From NCBI RefSeq assembly GCF_003053845.1, contig NZ_QAYG01000001.1:252078-316077 (forward strand): 64,000 bases of DNA. The letters run 5' to 3'. Made by a program: the position numbers and the translations under genes. Within the stretch, counting starts at the first letter, position 1. Every line of letters begins with the position of its first letter. Under the pieces are notes generated by a model. The model had not been told where the DNA came from, did not search any database, and was given only the letters and a program-made list of their open reading frames with translations. Positions 10,226 to 19,614 of the stretch are shown here, piece after piece. The stretch is from Breoghania corrubedonensis. Its GTDB lineage: Bacteria; Pseudomonadota; Alphaproteobacteria; Rhizobiales; Stappiaceae.

Positions 10226-11380
10226 TCAGGCGGCCATTTCGTCGTCAAAGCGGCAGACGCGATTGCGGCCGGCCTTTTTCGCCGCGTAAAGAGCGGTATC
10301 GGCCGCGTCGAACATCGCACCGATCGCGATCTCCTCGCCCGGCGGACAGCCACAGACGCCTGCGCTCACCGTGCAGCGGATCAGTTGCGCCGCGCAGAAG
10401 ATCTTCTGGCGCGCAAAGCGCAGGCGGATGCGGTTCGCCACGACCAGGGCGCGTTCGGGGGTGCAATCGGTAAGAACGACCGCAAATTCCTCACCGCCGA
10501 TACGAGCTGCGACATCCTGCTTTCTCAGGCTTGCGCTGCACACAGAGGCAAAGCGCCGGAGCACGGCATCGCCAAAGGCATGTCCGTAATCGTCGTTCAA
10601 GACCTTGAAGCGATCGAGATCGAAAATGATGATGGCCATGTTGCCCTGGGGCGAACGGGCGATCACCAGATCATCGAAGGCGCGACGATTGAGCAGGCCT
10701 GTCAGTGCGTCGGTGCGCGCTTCCACCTTGTGGTCACGCGCCACCCGTTCCTGGTTGATGGCAAGCGACAAGCCGCCGATCCCGGTCACGCCGATGATGG
10801 AAACGAGGGCGTTGAAGGTTTCCGCCCAGTTTTGCGGCGCGTGATCGAGCTCGAACGGACTTTCGATGACCAGCATGACGGCGCAGCAGGCGAAGGAAAA
10901 GGCCTCGAGCAGATAAAGCCCGGCCAGCCATTTCAGCGAGGCGAGGTTTTCAGTTCGTGCAAGCCAGTATTCCGTGGCGGTTGCAACCAGAAGCCCGGTT
11001 GAGGCCACATTCATCGCGATGAGCATCGTTCCCACGAGCCCCGCCCAATGGAAGGCGAGTTGCAACATGATCGCGAGGGCCGCCAAGATGCCGACTTCGC
11101 AAAGCGGCAGTCGGTTGCAACGGAACTGACGTGAAGCTCCCCAGCAAATGACGAAGCCGATCAGGATGAACGAGGTTCCGACCGCTGCGGGAATTTGCGT
11201 CGGATACGCGGCGTAGTACCCGAAGGCAGCCGAACCGACGACCAGCACCATGGCGGCGCACGACCAGGTCAGGAGGAACGTGTCGCGACGGTTCGCAGCC
11301 CAAGAGACCGCCAGGGTCAAACTCGCGGCGACGCAACTGACCGAAACGGCCAACAAGAGTGAACTGTACTGCAAGGTCAT
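10226..11380 (-). CDS. Membrane-anchored diguanylate cyclase (polytopic N-terminal sensor plus GGDEF domain)
   Basis: About six predicted transmembrane helices followed by a GGDEF domain with an intact GGEEF motif and RxxD I-site context. Confidence 0.8.
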   Translation of the reverse strand: MTLQYSSLLLAVSVSCVAASLTLAVSWAANRRDTFLLTWSCAAMVLVVGSAAFGYYAAYPTQIPAAVGTSFILIGFVICWGASRQFRCNRLPLCEVGILAALAIMLQLAFHWAGLVGTMLIAMNVASTGLLVATATEYWLARTENLASLKWLAGLYLLEAFSFACCAVMLVIESPFELDHAPQNWAETFNALVSIIGVTGIGGLSLAINQERVARDHKVEARTDALTGLLNRRAFDDLVIARSPQGNMAIIIFDLDRFKVLNDDYGHAFGDAVLRRFASVCSASLRKQDVAARIGGEEFAVVLTDCTPERALVVANRIRLRFARQKIFCAAQLIRCTVSAGVCGCPPGEEIAIGAMFDAADTALYAAKKAGRNRVCRFDDEMAA

Positions 11381-11632
11381 GAACCAAAGTCGCCGAACCT
11401 ATTGGTTACGAACGCACGAGGATCCTGACCGCCCAAATCTTAATTTGGAGTTCACCGTCACTTCAAGCAATGCTCAAATTCTCCGAACCAAACCGGGATA
11501 CCGCGCCCGACATCGATCGTTTCCTTCGTCAGGGCTGACATTCCACGCAAGTGGTGCGGCACATATTGTCGCATGCCATGTGCAAGCCGCCCCGGTCGGA
11601 TAACCGCGTTCAGTTGCAAAGGCACATCCGCC

Positions 11633-12820
11633 TCAGCCCCAGCCGCCACCATAGGTCTGGTAGAAGACGTGACGGCCGATCTTGCCGAGGCGTTTCATCT
11701 TGCGCGCCCAGCGCGGACGCACGTAAGTGGCGTGATAGTGGGTGGAGGCGCCGATCTTTTCCGACCAGTGTTTGCCGGCCACGATCTCGCGGGCAAGCCT
11801 TTGCGCGACTTCCCAGGACTCCTTGGAGACGATGCGTTCGGGCAGACCATCGCAGGCGAAGGAAAACTGGCAGGAATTTCGCTGCGTCCGGTTCTGATAG
11901 ACAACCTTGCAGATGGTCGCCGGATAGGCCGGGTTCTTGACGCGGTTGAGAACCACCTGGGCGACGGCCGCCTGACCGGATTCCGGTTCGCCGCGCGCCT
12001 CGAAATAGATCGCCTCGGCAAGACAACGCTGTTCCTTGGGCAGGATGACGTTTGCCGGCAACGGATTGGACACCCACCAGTGCGGGTTCTCGCGGTCGAC
12101 AGCCTCTTCCTCCGGCGTCGGTCCCGGGGGCATGCCGAAGAGGGCGGCGAACGGCAGGGACGTGTCCTCGACCGCGCTCGGCGCATAGGCGGAGAGCGAG
12201 GAGAACCCCGCTGCCGCAGCGGCGCGCGCCATCAGCATCTTGTTGAGATTGAGCGGTTTGCCGTCGCTTCGTGTTGCCTGGTTGGCGGAGGCCACCATGC
12301 GGTTCTGCGGCATGGCCTGGGGCTGAACGAAGGCAACGCGCGGCAGGCTCTGGCGCGGCTCCGCGCCGATCAGGCTGCCCATGTAGTAGACGGACCCGGC
12401 CGACTGGTCGACCATCTGGCGGTCGGGAGCCACGGAGACAAGCCGATTGCCCTTGGAGGCACGGTTTGTGCGCACTTCCTCCGGCACCTGGACAATGCCG
12501 CGGCCGTAAACGTCCGCACTGATGCCCGTCACGATGGCGGCCCGACCGTTTCTTGTTCTTGTCGTGATCTGATAACTCGGCCCGCTGGCGGCATCGGCCG
12601 AGGCGAGCGTCAGTGTCGGCTGGGCGGAAGACGTTTCCCCCGTTGCCTGGATCGCGGCCAGCCAGCGCGTGGAGGATCTCTCCTCGCGCTGCATGAGGCT
12701 CAGCGTATCCTGAAAGGCAAACGTTTCGGGAAACCCGAAATAGATTGCAAGCCCGAGAAGGACGGACCTCGAGCACGTGCCGGCGACGCGGCTGATCTTC
12801 AACGCAGACAGGCCGGACAT
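11633..12820 (-). CDS. Cell wall hydrolase, SleB family (hydrolase_2 domain)
   Basis: The C-terminal domain (EAIYFEARGEP...GQAAVAQVVLNRV...YHATYVRPRWA) is typical of SleB-like lytic enzymes. N-terminal membrane anchor or signal. Confidence 0.75.
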   Translation of the reverse strand: MSGLSALKISRVAGTCSRSVLLGLAIYFGFPETFAFQDTLSLMQREERSSTRWLAAIQATGETSSAQPTLTLASADAASGPSYQITTRTRNGRAAIVTGISADVYGRGIVQVPEEVRTNRASKGNRLVSVAPDRQMVDQSAGSVYYMGSLIGAEPRQSLPRVAFVQPQAMPQNRMVASANQATRSDGKPLNLNKMLMARAAAAAGFSSLSAYAPSAVEDTSLPFAALFGMPPGPTPEEEAVDRENPHWWVSNPLPANVILPKEQRCLAEAIYFEARGEPESGQAAVAQVVLNRVKNPAYPATICKVVYQNRTQRNSCQFSFACDGLPERIVSKESWEVAQRLAREIVAGKHWSEKIGASTHYHATYVRPRWARKMKRLGKIGRHVFYQTYGGGWG

Positions 12821-13209
12821 ACCTGTTACTCCACAAAACCCAATTCGGCCCTGCCGGTCTTGCCGGCCTTTGTGGCTGGACGTCCGCTCCCTATCCCATG
12901 CTTACTCGTCATGGGTCCAAGCGGCCGTCCGGCCCCGCCGATACGCGGTGTCGCTTCCTCAGCGACGGTCACCATGAAACGCGTTTAACCTTGAAAGAGG
13001 GTTAACCGACCAAAGAAGCCCGGATTATTGCGCACTTTGCGGTGCCAGCCCCGGCATTAAGGTTAAGCTGGACATGCGCGTAAGGCTGCCGCGCAAGCCG
13101 AATGGACCTGCGCGCAACGCGGGCCGAACACCATTGGCACAATGCGGGGAGGTGGCCTATATGAGAGCGGAAGCTACCGCCGCTCGCGCGGAAAAACAGG
13201 GAGTTACGC

Positions 13210-14079
13210 TTGTCCGTCCTCACCCGAATGCGCAAATGGCTGCCCGGCAAGCTCGGCCAGGTTCCGCCTCTCCTTCCCGTGGTGCGTCTGCAGGGCACGA
13301 TCGGGCTCGCTTCGCCGTTGCGCCCGGGACTGACACTGGCGGGCTGCGCCTCAAGCCTGGAAAAAGCCTTCCGCTTCGACGGCGTGCCGGCGGTTGCCAT
13401 CATTGTCAATTCGCCCGGCGGCTCGCCCGTGCAGGCACGGCTGATCTACCAGCGCATCCGCCAGCTCGCCAAGGAGCACGAAAAGCAGGTGCTCGTGTTC
13501 GTGGAGGACGTGGCGGCGTCCGGCGGCTACATGATCGCCATTGCCGGCGACGAGATCATCGCCGACCCTTCCTCCATCGTCGGCTCGATCGGGGTGATCT
13601 CTGCGGGCTTCGGTTTCGTCGACCTGCTGGAAAAGGTCGGCGTGGAACGACGCATGCACACGTCGGGCACGCGCAAGGGCATTCTCGATCCCTTCCAGCC
13701 GGAAAATCCGGATGACGTGACCCATCTGGAAACGTTGCAGCAGGAGATCCATGAGGTCTTCATCGAGATGGTTCGCGCGCGTCGCGGCGATGTGCTCAGC
13801 GACGATCCGGATCTCTTCTCCGGCCTGTTCTGGGTGGGAGAGACCGCCCGCTCGCTCGGCCTGATCGACGACCTTGGCGATCTGCGTCAGGTTGCTCAGG
13901 CACGTTACGGCGACAAGGTGCAGCTCCGCCTGATCGGAGCCGAGCGCTCCATTTGGCCGAAGCGTTCGGGCGTCGGGATAGAAGCGATGGCAGGAGCCCT
14001 CGATGGCCGCAACGGGCTGGCGCGCGATCTCGTCGCCGCGCTGGAAGAACGCAGTCTCTGGTCGCGATACGGGCTGTAG
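13210..14079 (+). CDS. S49 family peptidase (SppA-like signal peptide peptidase, short form)
   Basis: ClpP/crotonase-fold S49 motifs (VNSPGGS, AASGGY). TTG start preceded by an AGGGAG Shine-Dalgarno. Confidence 0.8.
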   Translation: MSVLTRMRKWLPGKLGQVPPLLPVVRLQGTIGLASPLRPGLTLAGCASSLEKAFRFDGVPAVAIIVNSPGGSPVQARLIYQRIRQLAKEHEKQVLVFVEDVAASGGYMIAIAGDEIIADPSSIVGSIGVISAGFGFVDLLEKVGVERRMHTSGTRKGILDPFQPENPDDVTHLETLQQEIHEVFIEMVRARRGDVLSDDPDLFSGLFWVGETARSLGLIDDLGDLRQVAQARYGDKVQLRLIGAERSIWPKRSGVGIEAMAGALDGRNGLARDLVAALEERSLWSRYGL

Positions 14080-14097
14080 TCAGGAAGGAAAAGTCGG

Positions 14098-14295
14098 GTG
14101 CTTGGGAAATTCGGCGTGCTGATCGTCGCGTTGGGTGTGGTCTTCCTGATCGCACGCGTGCTTTCCGAACAGGGCCGGCGCGTGGAGCGGACGCTTTCGA
14201 AATCCGCCCGTCGCAGCCAGAACAATGCCGCGAAGACCCTCGTGCGAGATCCCGAGACCGGCAAGTACCGGGCCCGGGATGATCGCGAGGCATAG
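14098..14295 (+). CDS. Small membrane protein (65 aa)
   Basis: GTG start 5 nt after a GGAAGGAAAAG Shine-Dalgarno, one transmembrane helix, 18 bp after the S49 peptidase stop. Confidence 0.35.
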   Translation: MLGKFGVLIVALGVVFLIARVLSEQGRRVERTLSKSARRSQNNAAKTLVRDPETGKYRARDDREA

Positions 14296-14316
14296 GCATT
14301 CACGAACGCGGCGACC

Positions 14317-14670
14317 TTACCTGGTCTGGTTCTCTCCGCAATACCTCAGATAGATCGCACCGCGACCATGGCCGACCTGCTGATAGCTGCAATGCGGGTC
14401 GCGCGCCGACAGGATACGAACAGGCCTCGGGCGATTGGGGTACCCGTGCGTCGGCGGAGCACCAGGTGCTCCGGGAAAGGCTGTCGTGCCAATGGGTTGG
14501 GGCTTGGCTATCTTGCCGTCTCCGCCATGGCTGCCGCCACTCGTGGCGCCCGCACTTCCACCGCCGCCGCCATTTCCGCCACCGCTCGTCTGAGCCGCGG
14601 TACCGTTGATCACGGCAAGCGACGTCAATGCTGATATCGCCGCAGCCAGAAAGATCTTTCTTGTTGTCAT
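14317..14670 (-). CDS. Secreted Gly-rich small protein
   Basis: Signal peptide (MTTRKIFLAAAISALTSLAVINGTAAQ) followed by a poly-Gly/Ser region. Confidence 0.4.
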   Translation of the reverse strand: MTTRKIFLAAAISALTSLAVINGTAAQTSGGGNGGGGGSAGATSGGSHGGDGKIAKPQPIGTTAFPGAPGAPPTHGYPNRPRPVRILSARDPHCSYQQVGHGRGAIYLRYCGENQTR

Positions 14671-15032
14671 GCAAGTCATTTCAAATCTCCCATTACGTTT
14701 CGGAAATACTGATCCGCGAAAGACGCCTTCGCGAAACCCTCATACTTTTCCATCTTCCTTGTTTTGCGTCTGGGATTAAAATATTACTATCTTTCATTTC
14801 TATACGTAATGTAGATCACAGATTGACGTTACCGCCGAAAAACACAGCAGGATCCCGAAGGAGATTCCGATCAATTACTTGAGATCCATGAAATTTCGCG
14901 GCCCGCTCCATCCGCAGTCCATTGCGCCGCGCGCCCTTGACCGGGTGCGGGCCCGCCGATAGTGTCCGCGCGCCGTCTGCGCATTCATCGGCGCATTCAA
15001 TACCATCCGGCATTCTCAGGATTATCGACGCC

Positions 15033-15992
15033 ATGCCTATGGACACCGGGGCGATGGAAATTGCCGCCCATCTCAGCCCGCAACGCTCGTTCCAGGGGCT
15101 CATCCTCACGCTTCAGAGGTTCTGGGCGGACCAGGGCTGCGTGATCCTGCAGCCCTACGACATGGAAGTGGGGGCGGGCACCTTTCACCCGGCGACCACG
15201 CTGCGCTCGCTCGGGCCGCGCCCCTGGAAGGCGGCCTATGTCCAGCCCTCGCGCCGACCGACCGACGGACGCTACGGCGAGAACCCGAACCGGCTGCAGC
15301 ACTACTACCAGTTCCAGGCGATCCTGAAGCCGTCGCCGGAGAACCTGCAGGAACTCTACCTCGCCTCGCTGGCCGCCATCGGCCTCGACCCGTCAGTCCA
15401 TGACATCCGCTTTGTCGAGGACGACTGGGAAAGCCCGACGCTGGGCGCCTGGGGGCTTGGCTGGGAGTGCTGGTGCGACGGCATGGAAGTTTCCCAGTTC
15501 ACCTACTTCCAGCAGGTGGCCGGCTTCGAATGCGCGCCTGTCGCGGGCGAGCTCACCTACGGGCTGGAACGTCTCGCCATGTACGTGCAGGGCGTCGACA
15601 ACGTCTACGACCTCAATTTCAACGGCCGCGAGGGCGACGAAAAGGTCACATATGGCGACGTCTTCCTGCAGGCAGAGCAGGAATATTCGCGCCACAACTT
15701 CGAATATGCCGATACGGAAATGCTCTTTCGCCACTTCCGCGATGCGGAGGGGGAGTGCAAGGCGCTTCTTGCGGCAGGCGAGAAGGCCATGGATGAGGCC
15801 GGCGACGGCATCCACAAGGTGGTGTTCCCGGCCTACGACCAGTGCATCAAGGCCTCGCACTGCTTCAATCTGCTGGATGCGCGCGGCGTGATCTCGGTGA
15901 CGGAGCGCCAGTCCTACATCCTGCGGGTGCGCGAGCTTGCCAAGGCCTGTGGCGCCGCCTTCCTCAAGACGCGGGCCGGCGGCGCGGAGTAA
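15033..15992 (+). CDS. glyQ: Glycine--tRNA ligase alpha subunit
   Basis: GlyQ is recognisable throughout (QRFWADQGC...[27 protein letters not shown]). The start codon is uncertain by about 7 codons. Confidence 0.9.
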   Translation: MPMDTGAMEIAAHLSPQRSFQGLILTLQRFWADQGCVILQPYDMEVGAGTFHPATTLRSLGPRPWKAAYVQPSRRPTDGRYGENPNRLQHYYQFQAILKPSPENLQELYLASLAAIGLDPSVHDIRFVEDDWESPTLGAWGLGWECWCDGMEVSQFTYFQQVAGFECAPVAGELTYGLERLAMYVQGVDNVYDLNFNGREGDEKVTYGDVFLQAEQEYSRHNFEYADTEMLFRHFRDAEGECKALLAAGEKAMDEAGDGIHKVVFPAYDQCIKASHCFNLLDARGVISVTERQSYILRVRELAKACGAAFLKTRAGGAE

Positions 15993-16041
15993 GCTCCGCG
16001 GGCATCGCCCGGCAGCGCAGCAAAGGGCCGGCGACCGCCGT

Positions 16042-16686
16042 TCAGGCGTTACCGGCCCGGCCAAGGCTTTCCGCCAACGGCTCGAACAGGCGCTCGAAGC
16101 GTCGTTGCACCTTGCGCCGGCGCACGCTGGAAAACAGTGTCGAGATCGGTATGAACTCCTTGTTCAGCCGGAACTTCAGGTCGTAGGCGACGAGACGGTA
16201 TCCCTCACCGTCGCGCACGAAGCCGATATTGCCCGGTTCATCGCAGGACGCGAGGATCGCATAGCGCTGGCAGAAGCAGGCAAATTCGGTAACCTCGCGA
16301 AGCACCGCATCGGCCTCCAGATCGACCGGCCCCTCCCCCTTCATGATCTTCAGAAGGCTAACGGGAGCATCACCCTCACTGCCGCGCACGAGATCGAAGC
16401 ACAGGCCCTGGCCAAGGTCGGTATCCATCGGCCCGTACATCCTCGGGAAATATCGCTCCAATGGCACGCTCGCCGCGGCGAGGTGAAGGTAGTGGTCATA
16501 CTCGCGCCGATTGGAGTCGACCGCGCCGCGCCTGAAGAACCGCTCAATGCGGCCATGATGGCGCGTGTCTTTCCGCCTCTTGAGAACCTTGATGCACTTT
16601 TCAGGGTCTTCAGGATGGAGATAACAATGCCGGAAATCGCCCGTAGAAAGCGGCGTTCGGTCGCTTAACACTATCATTTTTTTCAT
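16042..16686 (-). CDS. YrbL-family protein (PhoP-regulon kinase-fold protein)
   Basis: N-terminal ...LS.GDFRHCYLHPEDPEKCIKV... resembles the YrbL family. The gene has lower GC than its neighbours. Family call from memory. Confidence 0.5.
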   Translation of the reverse strand: MKKMIVLSDRTPLSTGDFRHCYLHPEDPEKCIKVLKRRKDTRHHGRIERFFRRGAVDSNRREYDHYLHLAAASVPLERYFPRMYGPMDTDLGQGLCFDLVRGSEGDAPVSLLKIMKGEGPVDLEADAVLREVTEFACFCQRYAILASCDEPGNIGFVRDGEGYRLVAYDLKFRLNKEFIPISTLFSSVRRRKVQRRFERLFEPLAESLGRAGNA

Positions 16687-16710
16687 TTTTTTGACTTCGC
16701 GGACACCAAA

Positions 16711-16729
16711 TTGTCATTTTAAATGACAA
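16711..16729. promoter_or_regulatory. 19 bp perfect palindrome TTGTCATTTTAAATGACAA, candidate operator
   Basis: Read directly from the sequence. Lies in the AT-rich divergent promoter region between the YrbL-like gene and lemA. Extra ATGACAA copies at 16734-16740 and 16921-16927. Confidence 0.4.
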
Positions 16730-17003
16730 AAAGATGACAACACGCGCGACCGCCGAAGTCAATAATGCGGCACAGTGTCGCGCAGCCGCCTTGTCGGGAG
16801 CCATCACGTCCGGAATCGTCGCACGAACCGCGGTCGGGGCCGCGAAGGACCCCTTTTCGCCACGGATGCCGGTTCTTTACGACCGCAGGCTGAAAAGCGT
16901 CCAATTGTTATCCAGATCACATGACAATGAATGCCGAACTGGGTAGCGTCGGCTTCGCCAAACCGACATTTCCCTTGGCCTTGGCCCATTGGAGAGCCTC
17001 TTC

Positions 17004-17570
17004 ATGACCACTTGGATCGTCCTCGCCGTCATCGTGGCGATCGCCGTCTATGTCATATCCCTCTACAATCGCCTGGTGCGCCAGAGGCAGATGGTACGTG
17101 AGGGCTGGAGCGGCATCGACGTTCAGCTCAAACGCCGTTTTGACCTGATCCCGAACCTGGTGGAGACGGTGAAGGGGTACATGACGCACGAGCGCGACAC
17201 GCTCGCTGCGGTCACCGAGATGCGGGCGCAGGCGGGCAACGTTCCCTCCGGCGACGTTACGGCGCGGGCCCAGGCCGAAGGCATGCTGGGAGCGGCGCTC
17301 GGCAGACTGCTCGCGGTTGCCGAAAGCTACCCCGACCTCAAGGCGTCCAACAATTTCCTGGAATTGCAAAACACGCTGGAAAAGGTCGAACACGAGCTCC
17401 AGATGGCGCGGCGCTATTACAACGGCGCGGTACGCGATCTGAACGTGATGGTGGAGTCCTTTCCCTCGAATCTCGTGGCCGGCCAGTTCGGCTTCTCCAA
17501 GGAGGACTATTTCGAGATCGAGGACGCCAGCGAGCGCGCGACCCCTCAAGTCAGCTTCGGCAGCAGGTAG
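17004..17570 (+). CDS. lemA: LemA family protein
   Basis: N-terminal transmembrane helix plus the LemA domain. GGAGAG Shine-Dalgarno before the ATG at 17004. Confidence 0.85.
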   Translation: MTTWIVLAVIVAIAVYVISLYNRLVRQRQMVREGWSGIDVQLKRRFDLIPNLVETVKGYMTHERDTLAAVTEMRAQAGNVPSGDVTARAQAEGMLGAALGRLLAVAESYPDLKASNNFLELQNTLEKVEHELQMARRYYNGAVRDLNVMVESFPSNLVAGQFGFSKEDYFEIEDASERATPQVSFGSR

Positions 17571-17574
17571 CACA

Positions 17575-19593
17575 ATGCCTTTTTCCCAACTCCGCCGGCC
17601 GGGGCGACTGCGCGCCCTGGGCAGCCTTTGTGCCACCTTGCTCGTGCTGCTGGGCGGCACCCTGGCGATCGCGGCGGGCCCGGCCCGGGCCGAGGAACGG
17701 ATCACCGACTACACCAGCACCATCCGGGTGAAACCGGATGGAACGCTTCTTGTCACCGAGACCATCACGGCCAATGCGGAAGGCGACCAGATCAGGCGCG
17801 GCATCTACCGCGACTTTCCATTGGTGTTTGAAGACGCGGCCGGCGCGCGCCACAAGGCCGGCTTTCATCTGGTGTCGATAAAGCGCGACGGGCATGACGA
17901 GGAATACAAGGAAAACCGGAACGGCGACGGCATCCGCATCTATATCGGAGATCCGAACGCGACCCTCGCCAACCGTGCTCACACCTTCGAGATAACCTAC
18001 GAAACGACGCGCCAGATCCGCTTCTTCGAGGATCACGACGAACTCTACTGGAATGTCACGGGGCAGGAATGGGCCTTTCCGATTGACCAGGCCACGGCGC
18101 GCGTCATGCTTCCGGACGGAGTGGCAGCCACGAAGTGGACGGCCTTTACCGGGCGCTACGGCGAAAAGGGCACCGACTGGACAGCCTCGCCGGAAGACGG
18201 CGGCAAGACGCTGGTCTTCTCCACAACGCGCCGGCTTGCGGCTACCGAAGGTTTCTCCGTCGTCGTCGCCCTGCCGAAGGGAAGCATCGCAAGGCCGACG
18301 GCAAGCGACAGGGCGGGCTTTTTTTTTCTCGATCACCGTGACGAAATTCTCGCCATCGGCGGGTTCACCCTCGTCGTGATCTATTTCGTCTGGGCGTGGC
18401 TGCGCGTTGGCCGCGATCCGCGCGCGGGTACGATCATCCCGCTCTTCGAGGCGCCGGAAGGCGTCTCTCCGGCTTTGGCGGACTACATTCACAATCTCGG
18501 CTTTTCCGGTGCCGGCTGGCGAGCCTTGTCGGCCGCAAGCATCAGTCTGGCCGTGAAAGGCTATCTGGAACTCGTGGCCGAAGGCCGGTTGGAGCAGTTT
18601 GGCATTGGTTCCAGGCTCACGTTGAGGCCGACAGGCAAGAAGGACGGGATCGAACACCTGCCCCCCGGCGAAGCCGCGATCATGAAGGTCCTGGGCAACA
18701 GGCCACTCACGCTTTCCAAGAAGAACGGCGCCAGGGTCCAGACACTGGGCTCCCGGTTCCGCGCCGCGATTGCCGCGGAAAACCGCAACCGTTTTTTCAA
18801 GGCCAATGTGGCGCACTGGCTGCCGGGCCTTGGCCTCAGTATCCTGGCTGTCCTCCTGATCGTGGTATTCGGCGATCTCGCGGAACCGGACCTCGTCTTT
18901 CTGGCGATCGTTACGATCGTTGTAACGGTGCTCACGATCACCGTTGTGCGGATCGGTATCGACGTCATCCGCAACCGGTCCGTCGCGGGGGCGCTCCAGT
19001 TCATCCTTATCGGCGCCATGGTCGTCATCTTCATGAGCGGTGTCGGCGCGCAGATCTTCAGCATTGCTTTCACGATGGGCGGAACGCCGCTGGTGATCGT
19101 CGCCATCGTCGCGCTGCTCTGCGTGAATGTCCTGTTCTATTATCTCATGAGCGCACCCACCGCGCATGGCAGGGCGATGATGGACCAGCTTGAAGGCTTG
19201 AAGCTCTATCTTTCGGTGGCCGAGCGGGAACGTCTCAACATGAATGAGGTGCCCGAAATGTCGCCGACGCGGTTCGAGACCCTGCTGCCCTATGCGGTGG
19301 CGCTGAAGGTCGAAAAGCCGTGGTCGGAAGCCTTTCAGAACTGGCTGACAAGTGCCGCGGCGGCCACAACTGCAAGCGCCGCCTACAGCCCGCTCTGGTA
19401 TCACGGACACAGCTTCGCACCGGAAACCTTCGGCGCCACCATGACCAACACGGTCAACGCGATGTCGCAGTCGTTCACCTCATCGCTGCCGACACCGAAA
19501 TCTTCTTCCTCCGGGTTTTCCGGTGGAGGCGGCGGCGGTGGTGGCGGTGGTGCAGGCGGCGGCGGCGGCGGCGGAGGTGGCGGCGGCTGGTAA
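17575..19593 (+). CDS. DUF2207 domain membrane protein with C-terminal poly-Gly tail
   Basis: Signal peptide, a large extracytoplasmic domain and several transmembrane helices. Classic LemA-DUF2207 gene pair with a 4 nt gap. Family call from memory. Confidence 0.8.
   Translation: MPFSQLRRPGRLRALGSLCATLLVLLGGTLAIAAGPARAEERITDYTSTIRVKPDGTLLVTETITANAEGDQIRRGIYRDFPLVFEDAAGARHKAGFHLVSIKRDGHDEEYKENRNGDGIRIYIGDPNATLANRAHTFEITYETTRQIRFFEDHDELYWNVTGQEWAFPIDQATARVMLPDGVAATKWTAFTGRYGEKGTDWTASPEDGGKTLVFSTTRRLAATEGFSVVVALPKGSIARPTASDRAGFFFLDHRDEILAIGGFTLVVIYFVWAWLRVGRDPRAGTIIPLFEAPEGVSPALADYIHNLGFSGAGWRALSAASISLAVKGYLELVAEGRLEQFGIGSRLTLRPTGKKDGIEHLPPGEAAIMKVLGNRPLTLSKKNGARVQTLGSRFRAAIAAENRNRFFKANVAHWLPGLGLSILAVLLIVVFGDLAEPDLVFLAIVTIVVTVLTITVVRIGIDVIRNRSVAGALQFILIGAMVVIFMSGVGAQIFSIAFTMGGTPLVIVAIVALLCVNVLFYYLMSAPTAHGRAMMDQLEGLKLYLSVAERERLNMNEVPEMSPTRFETLLPYAVALKVEKPWSEAFQNWLTSAAAATTASAAYSPLWYHGHSFAPETFGATMTNTVNAMSQSFTSSLPTPKSSSSGFSGGGGGGGGGGAGGGGGGGGGGGW
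19522..19584 (+). repeat. GGC/GGT trinucleotide tract encoding about 20 consecutive Gly
   Basis: Seen directly: (GGN)n with N = C/T over about 63 bp at the 3' end of the DUF2207 gene. Confidence 0.7.
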
Positions 19594-19614
19594 CGAGGCT
19601 TTCACAATGCCGCG

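Noticed and set aside
11573-12988. 471 aa plus-strand ORF and 408 aa minus-strand ORF (11610-12836) overlapping the sleB-like gene
   Set aside because: Their translations are Arg/Gly/Ala/Pro-rich low-complexity, typical of shadow frames in GC-rich DNA. The 11633-12820 minus frame has a clear hydrolase domain and coding-like composition.
12980-13070. CtrA boxes (TTAA-N7-TTAAC) in the sleB / S49 spacer
   Set aside because: TTAA elements are present but none has the 7 nt spacing. Reported only as an unexplained TTAACC repeat.
17551-19410. 619 aa minus-strand ORF antisense to the DUF2207 gene
   Set aside because: Arg/His/Asp-rich nonsense translation. The plus frame encodes a signal peptide, transmembrane helices and the DUF2207 pattern.
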